Assembly (NCBI GenBank): GCA_049999805.1
Contig: JBNGIO010006298.1
Location: 294,309 to 357,498 of the forward strand
Length of the DNA stretch: 63,190 nucleotides
Reading direction: 5' to 3'
Origin: Folioceros fuciformis
Taxonomy: Eukaryota
Below, one piece after another: positions 31,751 through 43,900 of this stretch. Under the pieces are notes generated by a model that saw only the letters and a list, made by a program, of their open reading frames with translations, was not told where the DNA came from and searched no databases. The number at the start of each line of letters is the position of its first letter. Positions within the stretch are counted from its first letter, which is position 1. Both the position numbers and the translations under genes were made by a program.

Positions 31751-32737
31751 TACACTCACTGCCAACGCCAAACATCTGTCAGACTCTAGGAGAAACGTCC
31801 CGACCAAAGCGCACTAGATCTGGCTCCTCAAAGAGCACCGATGATGCACGAGTGCTGGCTGATGCATGTGGACAAAATCGAATTGCAACAACAAATCACA
31901 AGCCGGAACGCTAGGGCACCATACTCGGAGGAGGAGGAGTAGAGGAGGACTTCATCATGATTGCACAACGTCAGTTGAATACAAATTCTTGAAGAACTCC
32001 TTCGACAAAACCGGCCTCCTACTGTCCTACAAGATCGCGAACCGCAAAGGTGAGCTTCGACCAACGACCAACCAATCCACCGCGCAGGGTGCAAAGACCG
32101 ATGGTGAAAACCTTCACCGCGCAGCACGAGGCTCAGTAACGGCCGCTCGGAATGGCGAAGCAACGCGAATCCGGCTCTCCGGGTCGCGGATTCAGATCTG
32201 GCCACGGAGCAGGAGAAAGGAATGCGAACAAAAAAGCGGAAGGCGGAAGCGCTCACAGAGATAGCACCGATGCAGCCGAGGGAGTCCCGCGGCGATGCCG
32301 AGCGGGGAAGAGCGGGCGCAAGCCCGGATGCGAGGCCGAATGCTCGGCTGCGAGGCCGGAATGGCTGGTGCAAGCGCGTGGTGGAAGAGCAGAGATTTAA
32401 TGTATGGTGCGCGGCTGCCGTCGGCAAGGCACGCACATGCACTACAGGGGGCTCTGAGTGCTCCAGCTCCGGGCCCTCAATTTCTGGATCCTGCCTGTTG
32501 TACGCCGAGCGCTGCCCCCGTCACCCTGCGTCCGTATGTCCGGTACAGCTGGCCCCCCATCATTCAAATGCCAAACTCTACAGTCTCCACACCCTTTCTG
32601 CTCACTTGTCACTTTCCGAACATGATACACATGCAGCCACGAGAGCCCCGTTTGCCGACACACACTAAGCAAAAAAGCAAACCCTAAAACGACAAAGTAT
32701 ATGAAAGGTGAATTGCTACATAGCTTAAAAACCAATG

Positions 32738-34933
32738 TCACTCAGGTGTTAGGCAGCTAGGGGGCAATACTAGTCCCTCGAATGACCCCTTAGCATTTTC
32801 ACAAACTGAAGAGGCGGATTGGTCTTCAGCATCAACGAGGTTAATGTTCTTCAACACAATGCCTTCACATGGCGCATTCTCGCTGCACCTCAGGTTTATG
32901 GCATCTGTAGTTCTAGATGTGCCCCATATGTCTTCATATAGCACATTGGTAATCTTCACAGCTGATGTCTCCTGGTACAAGATTAGAAGGTTAGATTTCA
33001 TAGTATGTACCCAACTTCCTCAACCTAGTGGATGCATACACACAAAAAGTAAGCAAAACAGATTCACAAAATGCACCTCGTTTGTGCAGTTATAGGCAGA
33101 GTCGCAATAATGTTGGTCCACAATGATCGGGTTTGTCACATTATCCATGTACACACTGGAATATGAGACATTGTTAACAAACCCAGAACCTCCCTACATA
33201 CATCAGATGGAAGCAATAAGAGATTGAAAAGATTTGCTCAAGTTAACACATATCATAAACTGTCACTTCCATTAGAGTTCAGCTAAAGACTAGTGGTGAT
33301 ATCTCCCAACTACGTAGTACAATCAGTAGAGAAGCATTGGCATCATCAAATTGAATGTACACTCACCGGCCAAGACTTAATTCTAAGCCCATTAGTGGAG
33401 CTTGACATATTAACATCCTGAACAGTTATGTTACTGACTTGGGCATAAGACTTGTTTCTACCCAAGCCACCAATGCTACAGGTAGGTAATGATCATTAGC
33501 ATAAAGAAAAAACATATTCCTTGGCACAATTTAGTTCTAACCAAACTTGGTGAGGACAATAACAAGTTCACTCTCATGTTCACATGATTTTGAGCTTACC
33601 TTATTCCATGCCCGAACACACAGCTAACACTTTCAATTAGCACATTGTTCGACCCGGTTTGGATTGAGATGCAGTCGTCTCCTACAGTCATGAATTGTCT
33701 TCAAATTCATCAAAGTATACAGTTTGGAATCAAAGGATTTGTTAGACAAGATGAAGGAGGACAATGATCTTAAATCTTAATGCTAACTTACAAACCTGTT
33801 TGAATTGTACAATCCCTGATGATGACATTAGGAGTCTCTTGCAAATGAATGCCATCTGTGTTTGGAGAACTTTCAGGGGCTAAAACTTGAAGGTCTGAGG
33901 CTGTCACGTTGGTGCAATCATCGAAGTCCAAGTGCATCGAAGGAGCGTTCAAGAACGTAAGATTGCTCACCAACACATTTAAACTCTTTGTGATAAACAT
34001 TGACTACAAGAAGAATCAGATTAAGTTAACTCAACAAGCATTAAATATGAACATCATGTCCTTGTGATATAAGTAAATTCATTAAAAATATATGTATCAT
34101 TTGTATTCTTACCCGTGGAGCTCTCTCACATGGCTATAAAATCAACAACAATTTGTGCATACGTTAGCTNNNNNNNNNNNNNNNNNNNNNNNNNNNNNNN
34201 NNNNNNNNNNNNNNNNNNNNNNNNNNNNNNNNNNNNNNNNNNNNNNNNNNNNNNNNNNNNNNNNNNNNNATGCCCCCTCCAGTGATAACGAGAGAATTTG
34301 CTCTAGTGATTTTGATCCAAGAACTTACCTTATCATCGTCCCACGCTTTAGGATCTGAAGGAGCAACAATAGTTCCTTCCACCTAACAGTTGGAAACATA
34401 AGCATAAACCCTAAACCCTAAAAAGTAAACATTTACTTACTTAGATCAACAACCCATTGTTTACCTGCAAAACGATGTTTGATAGACAATTTCCGCCATG
34501 TAGGGTGATAGGGCCAAGTAAGTACTCCCCATCAGTTTGAGGGATAACCATCAAAGCATTACATTGACACTCACAAGCAGCGTGCCATGTACTTGAGAAT
34601 GCCTACAATCACAAGGATACTCATGTCATTAGGATCATGTTGTGACCCATAGAGATTACATCAAACATACTCTATGACTTTAGATACAATATGAGGCAAA
34701 GTACAATTTACATTGGTGTCATCAGACACTCCATCGCCAACCGCACCATGATCCTTAACATTGAAGATGGATGAGGATGAAGTACTATCAAAGTATACAT
34801 GCATGCATCTGATGGGAACATATGTGTTTCGAAGATGCCCGACATAGAACAAAAGAGCAACAAAAATTACAATAATTATTGTTCTTATTACCCATAAGAG
34901 GCAAAAACTATAGGATTGCTTGTGTTGACCCAT
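32738..34933 (-). CDS. Polygalacturonase (glycoside hydrolase family 28), multi-exon, with an assembly gap inside
   Basis: FNVKDHGAVGDGVSDDT plus the four PG motifs SPNTDG, GDDC, GHGISIGGLG and RIKSW; also NPIIVDQHYC and an N-terminal hydrophobic anchor or signal. Confidence 0.92.
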
Positions 34934-37126
34934 TGTATTTATAAACGAATTAACTAAAATATATAGCTTTTTTCCTGCAAATAGTGTGGCAACAATGAAA
35001 TTTCAGAGAAGATATTGATGCATAGACTTAAGAAAGCTAGCTAGATCTATTAGCACAAGCCCTTCGAACAATCCTATCAATGAGAGCCTAAAAATAAGAG
35101 ATTTTGGTCCTCCCAAGCATTAAATAGTGTGCCTTGTGCACCAAAATATAAAGTTAACCGCGAATTGCTGATACTAAATATGTATTTTGATTACGATTTT
35201 AAAAGAAATTCTCTTAGTATTAGGAGTACCTTCTTACACAAAATAACTTAAAGTAGTACTAACTTGATGAACACTATGCTACTTAAGGTCATAAGTATCA
35301 TTGTTGGCATGAGGTGTGCCTTTTGTAAGAACAATTTGCAAGAATGATCCAATTTGAAATGTCGTGTCTATTTTGGTGTTATTATGGTAACCATTTATAT
35401 CATGCTAATTATGAAACATGCCTGAACAGGACTAGATGCTATGTACTTTAATACCCTCACTTAGAATCTAGGCCTTTTGATGTAAAAAGCATGTGCTTTT
35501 ATCTGGTGCTTGTTGCATCTCCTATGTCTACAACATGCTACTAGAGCTTGATGGATGTAAGTGTCTTGGTGATTATATGGTAGCTATTATATGGTTTAGG
35601 GTTTACGTTGCTAAATATGTTACATTTACTATGATGTGGCACAAATTTTACAATTGGGCTTTGATAACATGACATGCTTGTTGTAAATGATTTTGTTAAT
35701 TGTGCAGTAAGTGGTGGCACCACAATTTACACTAAGAGGTATTTGTGGTGATTAACTGGGAGGAATTTACACTAAGAGGTATTTGTGGTGATTAACTGGG
35801 AGGATTTAGACTTGACGACATTCATGGGACAAACTTGCCCGGACTACCCTTGGCTACAACAACCCAACACAATAAGATTTTCTGCACAATTAACATGCTC
35901 ACAGGCTCATTCGCGACTAACAGGCTCATAGGCTCACTCGCGACTAACAGGCTCATAGGCTCACTCGCAACTCACAGGGTCACTTTCAACTAATAGACTC
36001 ATAGGCTCACTTGTAGCTTACGTGCTCACATGCGACTAACATGTTCACAGACTCACTCATAGTTCACAAGCTCACTCACAGCTCACAGGCTTGCTCACAA
36101 CTCAGTGGCTCACTAGCAGCTCACAAGATTATTAGCACTTCATAAGCTTACGGGTTGGAATTGATATGCTCGATCATCGGTTCAGAGGCTTGATCACATG
36201 CTCAAAGGCTTGATCACAGGCTCGATCACACACGCTCACAAGCTCGATCATAGGCTCAAAGGCTCGATTACAGGCTCAAAGGCTCGATCACACGCTCACA
36301 TGCTCGATTATAGGCTCAAAGGCTTGATCACACGCTCACATGATCGATTATAGGCTTAGCGGCTCAACCACACACTCGATCATACGCTCAGAGACTTGAT
36401 CACATGGTCAAAGACTTGATCACATGCTCGATCACACACTCATAGGCTCGATCATAGGCCTAGAGGTTCAATCACATGCTCAAAGGCTCGATCACACACT
36501 CACAGGCTCGATCACATGCTCACAAGCTTGATCACACGCTTACAGGCTTGATCACAAGTTCAAAGGCTTAAAGGGTCGATCACATGCTCACAAGCTTGAT
36601 CACACGCTTATAGACTTGATCACAAGTTAAGAGGATCAGAGGGTCGACCACACGCTCACATGCTCAATCACATGCTCACATGCTAGATTACTCGCTTATA
36701 GGCTTGATCACAAGTTCAGAGGCTCAAAGGATTGCTCACACACTTATAGCCTCAATCACAAGTTCAGAGGCTCAAAGGGTCAATCACATGCTTAGAGGCT
36801 CGATCACACACTTATAGGCTCGATCACACATGCACAGTCTCTATCACANNNNNNNNNNGATCACACACTTATAGGCTCGATCACACATGCACAGTCTCTA
36901 TCACACCCTTAGAGGGTTGGTCACACGCCTTAGGCTTGATCACACACTTATAGGCTCGATCACAAGTTCATAGCCTCAGAGGCTCGATCACACGCTCAGA
37001 GGTTTTGTCACACATTGATAGGCTCAGTCATGACCTCACAAGCTTAGAGGCTCAATCACATGCTCAAAGGATTGATCACACACTCGATCACACGCTTATA
37101 GGCTCAATCACAACCTTACAAGCTCG

Positions 37127-40100
37127 TGACAAAACTTTAAGTAGTTGAAACATCTCGAATGCTAGATGCTAGACAGACTGTAAGCAAAACATTCTTATAC
37201 ATTATATCTAGGAACTACAAAATAAAGTGTGTTGTAAATTCTGGCTTATGAATTGCATTGGCATATGTGACGAAGCAGTATGTCCCTTTGTGCCTAACGG
37301 GATACCATTGCAAACGGCTTTATAGAATGTTAAAGGGATTATGAGTTGATTAACCCCCGTAACACTCCCTCTTAAGCATCATGTAACCATGGTAGAGAAA
37401 AGAGGCACTGCGGGGGGAGCCATGTACCTTAAAACAAGAGGTTCCGTCAATGCAGGTGTAATGGTGGATGAGTGGTCACGACAAAAGGGGGCTCGTTGTG
37501 GACGGGCGATTAGGCGCTCGTGAAGGCTTTGTCCACTCACAACAGCTGAACTGTGTTTCAGGGCGGGAGGGGAGAGCACGAAGTGCACAAGGTTGGTGAT
37601 GATTCACCATGCGTCATGCTAACCTGCCTCCCTCAATCGTAGGAGTCCCTTGTACCTACTAAAATGCCTGCTAAAATCGTCCGTGAGGATAAGGTAATAG
37701 ATGGCCCTCGCCAGGGAAGGCATATGGATCTTTCCAGAGATGTCTATATGTACTAGTTCCAGCTTGGGCTCTGCCCTATGAGCATGGCGAGAAAATGGGA
37801 GCACCTTTTGCTTTGCAAGCATGCAAGACTCACAAGTGGGGAGGTGCCCGAAGCACTTAGGTAAGGGGGCCCGATCCAAATCCTATGAGGTCATAGAAAT
37901 TAGCTTGTTTTTGTTAATATGACCTAATCTAGCGTGCCACAGGGAGGCCAAGTGGTAAAAGGGAAGGGAGGAAGACTGTCCAACAACAAAGGCTTAGGGC
38001 TTCCTCTCACCATTAAACACAAGTTTCTACAGTTTGTCCTGAGGGATGGTCCTGAACACGCAGAAGTCTTAATTGGGGATTCTATAAAAGGGACAAGAAC
38101 GTCCTGTAGCCCACATCTCAAGGTCACCTTACTTCAACAACTAGCTCATAGAGACTAGGCTTTTGCCCATCAGAGGAACGAGGAGCACAGGCTCCAAGGT
38201 GAGTGCTGAACTATTGGCAAGGTGGAAAACATAGGTGCCTTGCCCCATGGTAGGCAAGCTTGATTTATGCTTCTCATCCCCAAGTAAAACCTAATTTCTA
38301 GCAAGGCGTGTGTCTAGTGTGGAGAACAAGGTGCGGTCGTTACAGATGTGGGCAGTGGCTCCGCTATCGAGATGCCACCCCGGCTCCTAATGAAGCTGAG
38401 TGCTGAGACACACTGTAAGTATCTTGACAGTCTTGGTCTCGTTTGCACTAGCTTTTCCCTTTACTGCGATGTTGGCTGCCTGGTACGGGCTAGCTTTTTA
38501 TGGCTTGCTGACCTTCTTCTTACAACACTCGCGTGCCCAATGACCAATAGCCCCACACCAATTACAGCCACTAGCCAAGCGAGGAGGGGCAGGGGCATAT
38601 TCACCTTTAGGACTGACATTAGTCTTTCCCTTATTATTCCTCCCCGGTTTGTAGCGAATGGACAACACCTTGTCCACCTTGGGCTTGGACCCTCCTACAT
38701 AATTGAGGCAGCTTTGCTCCTGCGGGTATAGAGCACCAATAATGTCCTCCACCATCAGGGTGGGGGTAGTGTAGTGCTTACCATGAGTCGATACTAGCAT
38801 CAGGCTGGTAACAAAGTTCTAGTAGGAGGCTAGTAGGCTCATTAGCAACTGAGCGGCAGCGTCGGCCTCTGACATAGTTGAGCCGAGGGAGGCGAGTTGT
38901 CCCTATAGCTGTCTGAACTTGGAGGTATGGACAATGATGGTGTCTGTCTCCTTCATTCTTAGGGAGTTAAACTCTTGCCTTACGCTATACTGGGTGAGCA
39001 TGTTGTTGACATTGTACGTATTTGACAACTAGTATGAGATTGTTGAGGCCTTAGTTAGGAATTCAACGCTTGGGATGAGACTCGAGTCGAGGCCGCTGAT
39101 GAGGAGGGTGATGGCGATACCATTCAAGTAATCCCACCTTTCAATATCAACTTTAGATGGAGGTGGTATGGCAGCGGGGTCAGGCTTTGGGAAGGTGCCG
39201 AAAATGATCTTCCAAAAGCCTCGTCCTATTAAAATAGACTTCATGGAAACACGCCACACCAGGTAATGTTGACCATTGAATCGATCCTTCTCGTTGATAT
39301 AATCCATGAAAATAGGGCTTAAACCTGTAGAAACAAACGATGTGCTACTAGCCATGGCTATTGTAGGTGTTATCGAAAGTGAATTGAATTGCTGTATCTG
39401 GTGGTCAACAAGGGAATTATAGGTTGTGGTCAGGTTCCATTGGCCACAAGCCTAGTCATGGCAAGGGACGGGCGTGGCGCGGTAGGTTCTTGCTACCTTC
39501 AGTGTCGGTAAGGGAGTACTGATGTGGAAGGTGACGCCTTCCCTCCACCAGTTATGTCACCTAAAGGTAGTATTATGATCGCATGTGTGTGCTCGGCCGG
39601 GTGCAGGAGGGCCGCTAGCATGCACGCTTAGGGTAATGAGGGCCCGTTAGGGTTGGTTGTAGTGCGCTTCGTCCCAACTACAAAGGGGTGACTCTAGCAG
39701 CACTCCAATCTAGGATTGCCATTGCTAGGGTGTCATGATTGCTGCTGCAAGTATCGAAGGCTGATTTTAGTCGGGGCGTGGCGCGCCAAGGGGCCAGGAT
39801 CACAGTGTGATGGAGATTAGAAACAACGGATCATCCAGGTGTGGTCATTTGGTGCACATTTCTAGTGTTTTAGGCTGCCTGCTTGACTTGAGCCTTTCTT
39901 TGCGTGTCGGTTGCAAGAAGCGAAAGAGAATTGCCAAGGGGCAATGGCAATTTGGCAAGGCTACTACAGGAGGCCCCATTTTAGCATCTTAAGGGGCGGC
40001 CGATGGCGTTAGACTATAGCGTGCACGCCTTTTTTTTTGGCCTCTTCTAGTCCTAAGTTCTAGATCAAAGAAGAGGTGGAGCACTCTTATAGTGCTAACA

Positions 40101-40493
40101 AGTTTGTGCAGGAGGGAAGCGTGGACTGCAGTAGATCCTGCAGCCATGCACTCATAGCTGCAAGGATTTGCTGCAATCCTCATATCCTTCCTGGATGACA
40201 GATGTCATACATAAGTGCTCATTCTAACTGATGCTCTAATATCATGACAAAACTTCAAGTAGTTGAAGCATCTCGAATGTTAGATGCTAGACAAACTATA
40301 AGCAAAACATTCTTATAAATTATATCCAAGAACTACAAAATAAAGTGTGTGTTGTATAATAAACTATTTTGGGTTGTGAATTGCATTGGCGTCTATCACG
40401 AAGTGATACATCCCTTTGGGCCTTACGGGATACCATTGCAAACGACCTTATAGAACGTTGAAGGGGTTACAAGCTGATAAAACCCCTGTAACA
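37127..40493 (-). mobile_element. Internally deleted (non-autonomous) Ty1/copia LTR retrotransposon
   Basis: LTRs 37127-37364 and 40245-40493 (TG...CA); degenerate PBS TGATATTAGAGC (from TGGTATCAGAGC); PPT aagagggag; degenerate TSD gctcg/gctta. Gag EKDRFNGQHYLVW, knuckle CNWCGAIGHWAREC, protease WHLDSGATAHIC, LWHARLGH, integrase start LELVHIDISG...TDDFSR; no RT or RNase H. Confidence 0.9.
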
Positions 40494-41272
40494 GCTTAGA
40501 GGCTAGATCATAAGCTTATAGGCTCCATCACAGGCTAACACACACGGTCGCCGGTTCACAGGCTCGATCATAGGTTCACATTCTCAATCACAAGCTCACA
40601 GTCTTGATCACATGCTAAGAGGCTTGATCACATGCTCAAAGGCTCGATTACATGCTCAAAGGCTCAATCACATGCTTAGAGGCTTGATCACATGTTCAGA
40701 GGCTTGATCAGATGCTCAATGCTCCATCACATGCTCATGTGCTCAATCACATGCTCGAAGGCTCCATCACAGGCTCATAGGCTTGATCACATGCTTAGAG
40801 GGTTGATTAGTACATGCTCAGAGGCTTGATCACAAGCTCGTAGACATGCTTATAGGCTTGATCACAAGCTTATTCCCTCAATCACATGGTCACACACTTG
40901 ATCACAGGCTCATGCTCGATCACAAGCACACGATCAATTACATGCTCACAAGCTCGATCGAAAGCTCAGAGGCTCGATCAGAAGCTCACAAGCTGGATGA
41001 TAAGCTCAGAGGCTCAATGACAAGCTCATAGTCTCAATCAAAAGCTCGTGGGCTCAATTATAGGCTCACAAGCTCGATCAAAAGCTTAGAGGCTTAATCA
41101 CAGGCTCACGAGCTCGATTAGAAGCTCAGAGGCTCGATCACTAGCTCAGAAGCACGATCAGAAGCTGAGAGGCTCGATCACAAGCTCACAAGTACGATCA
41201 AAAGCTCAGAGGCTCGATCACTGGCTCACTAGCACGATCAGAAGCTGAGAGGCTCGATCACGAGCTCACAAG

Positions 41273-41564
41273 TGAAAGGATCGCTAGAGGAGCATGGTGA
41301 AGGAGAGGAGAGGAGAAGGCAAGGAAGAGAGGAGAAAGAGAGGTCACACTCTCACATTGAGTCTCACAATACAAGGGATCTCAAGCAGGTATTTATACCC
41401 TCTAGAAGAGCTCCCTAGGAAGCTTCACAAGAAGCCCACAGGAAGCTGCACAAGAAGCCTCCTACAGATTAGCTTAAGCTAATCTAAACTAATGACACTT
41501 AACTAGACACTAATCTTAGACTAAATACATTAGTCTAAGCACATTGGGCTTTAATAACCCTACA
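41273..41564 (-). mobile_element. Solo LTR (292 bp)
   Basis: TG...CA termini; perfect 5-bp TSD ACAAG (41268-41272 and 41565-41569); TATAAATA on the minus strand near 41390. Confidence 0.85.
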
Positions 41565-43249
41565 ACAAGCACGATCACAAGTTGAGAGGCTCGATCACAA
41601 GGTTACAAGCACGATCAGAAGCTCAAAGGCTTGATCACAAGCTCACAAGCTGAATCAGAACCTCAAAGGCTCGATAGAAGGTCATAGGCTTGATCATGGG
41701 CACTTGTGCTAAACCCAATCGAGATGAGTAAGTGTTTGGCGCCACGACTCGGTGGGCACGCACACGTAAGTGCGTGGCCACACAACTTGGCCCGCACTCA
41801 CAAGTAAGTGTGTGGTGCCACAACTCAGTGGGCATACATATATTTATGTGCAGAATGAGGATAATGTTCTAAGAACTAGCAAAACAAAAAGAAATCCTGC
41901 TTTCTGGGAAATGGTGCACACTTGTGCGAGCCATAGCCTCAAAGTTTCACAATAGTCTTCCCCCTTATTTTTTCATTTTTTTTGTTTGAAAAGTTTGACT
42001 TTGTGATTTTTAACTTTTTTTTTTTGCACAATTTTATAATGAAAATATGAGTTTATACTGATTTATCTTTCTTTTCGCTTGATGGTCTAAACCTAGAACA
42101 AGTAGTAACGACTTTTAGCATGTTTTAGACCATGGGTTGTTTAGCTTAGGTCAGTCATAGAAATAACAACTAGAAGACATTGCATTTGCAAAAATTCCTA
42201 GTGATGGGCTTAGTCATCACATATAAGGACTCCCTTGGTCCCGACTATTATACAAGTAATATCTAAGTAGAGGTAAGAGTTTACACCTATGCATGGAAAA
42301 ATTATGTTTATTATAATATTTATTTTAACTAGGAATAGCTATGTATATATATTACAAATAGCTAGTTGATCGTAACATAGCTATAGAGTATCGCAACATG
42401 TACAGAACTTAAGGTTATTTATATGCACTAGCCAAATAGTTTTAGGTCAGTTATTGAACTCGTATTAGAGAGTGTTGTGAAACCATTGAAGCATGCTTGG
42501 CTCCTCGGAATGGATTATTTCCTATTATGTTTTGGGTAGTCCTATTTGGGGAGGCTGATTCACTGTGCAAGTGTGTGATTTCGAGATCAATAGTCTAACT
42601 ATCATGTGAGGACCCTCAATCTATTGCTGCATGCTATACAAACATCAAGCTTGCTACTCTTCAACAACTTATTGAGCGAGTGCTAGGAGCATGAGTGTGG
42701 GAGTTGCAAGTCAGTTATAAAGCCTTGTCTAATGAATACACCAAGTGAGTAGCGCTCTTGAAACTGTTGATACTCCTAGAATTGTTGTCCACTACATACA
42801 GTAGGTCAACAACACTCTTGCTCTTGGTCATTCCCTTTTTATTCAACTTGTTCGCATGAAGACATGCAACCTAATGAACATGTGATCAGCCCAAGATATC
42901 AATTGAGATCTTGTAACATTTAAGCTTGAATGTTACGTGTAACCAAAAGTGTGACAAACACCATGGTTTGTTGCCCTTAAGGAAAAATCACCTCCACTGA
43001 GGGAGAATATGCTTGGAGGAGGCAACAGCAATTTTAGGAGGATGTGGAAGCCAACATTGGACCGGATCCACCACCCTTAGCCATTCGTTCTGAAGGAGAG
43101 GAAGTGCCTAACATAAGCTAGATCCCTTTAGCACATTTCTAGGTTGTGCCATTCTTAGGACACTCTGGTATCCAACAGCTAGTGGCCCTATCACTTCTGA
43201 TAGACCCAGGTTAGGTATTGCAAGGATTTTGGCAACTTGAGGGAGGAGG

Positions 43250-43900
43250 TGCATACAAGATTGAGAAGTTCTCAAGAAGGCCTAACACCCAATCCTTGAG
43301 GGATTTCAAGCTTTTTCTCAATGCCGTCATCAACCAGCTGAAGTTTAAGTATGGTACATCGTATAACCTCTAGTATATGTTTGAGCATTTGTCTAACTTG
43401 TTGACAAATGAAGCATTGAATTTGTATGAGGCACACTGAGTTGATCTTTCTCCTACTATTGTCATGCCTAATCCAACAAAGTGCTTTACAGTTGGCTTAC
43501 AATGCCAAGTTGGAAGCAACAATCAATATTCATTAAGCATGCATTATTGCTGGCACTACTATTACTACTACACAGCTACCAACGATGCTGAGCTTGACTA
43601 CAATCGAAAGATTGGCAGCCATTGTGGGTGTAGGTGAATATGTGGACACCCTGAAATACATGAACCCAAGTGGAAGAGTTCATGGGAATCCTAGATGAAG
43701 CTTTGCCAATGAAGACTCCAGGTAAAATTGCAGAGCTTGCATCCTTTGCATGCAAGAAAGGGGAGGCAATGAAAATGACTTTTCGAAGGTTATAGGTGCA
43801 TGAAGGCACATGTATGCTTACAAACCAAGAGGTAGCAAAGAAATTATTGACAACACTAGAGGGGGATGTTATAGAATAATGGTGAACGCTATAGCTAATA
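43250..43900 (+). pseudogene. Decayed gag-like fragment resembling the downstream gypsy gag
   Basis: Manual translation SLRDFKLFLNAVINQLKFKYG...LSNLLTNEALNLYE and KIAELASFACKKGE parallels SLPNFEKKFRWALNEMVSKY...MSTFLSGEALTCY and EKI*ELAKFSTQPNE at 44.7-45.1 kb. Confidence 0.45.

Larger units (their letters stand above)
35895..41700. repeat. Degenerate ~20-bp satellite (consensus approx. AGGCTCGATCACAGGCTCAS) in three blocks: 35895-37126, 40494-41272, 41565-41700
   Basis: Dozens of ggct(c/t)gatcaca units with C-to-T and G-to-A variants; the blocks are separated by two LTR insertions bounded by target-site duplications. Confidence 0.9.

Noticed and set aside
31828-32741. Overlapping ORFs on both strands
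   Set aside because: This is the GC-rich promoter/5' UTR region of the FAM177-like gene; low stop-codon density explains the ORFs.
35895-41700. Possible CRISPR array
   Set aside because: The units are contiguous and degenerate with no unique spacers and no cas genes, in a eukaryotic context. The same applies to the 23-bp and 84-bp repeats.
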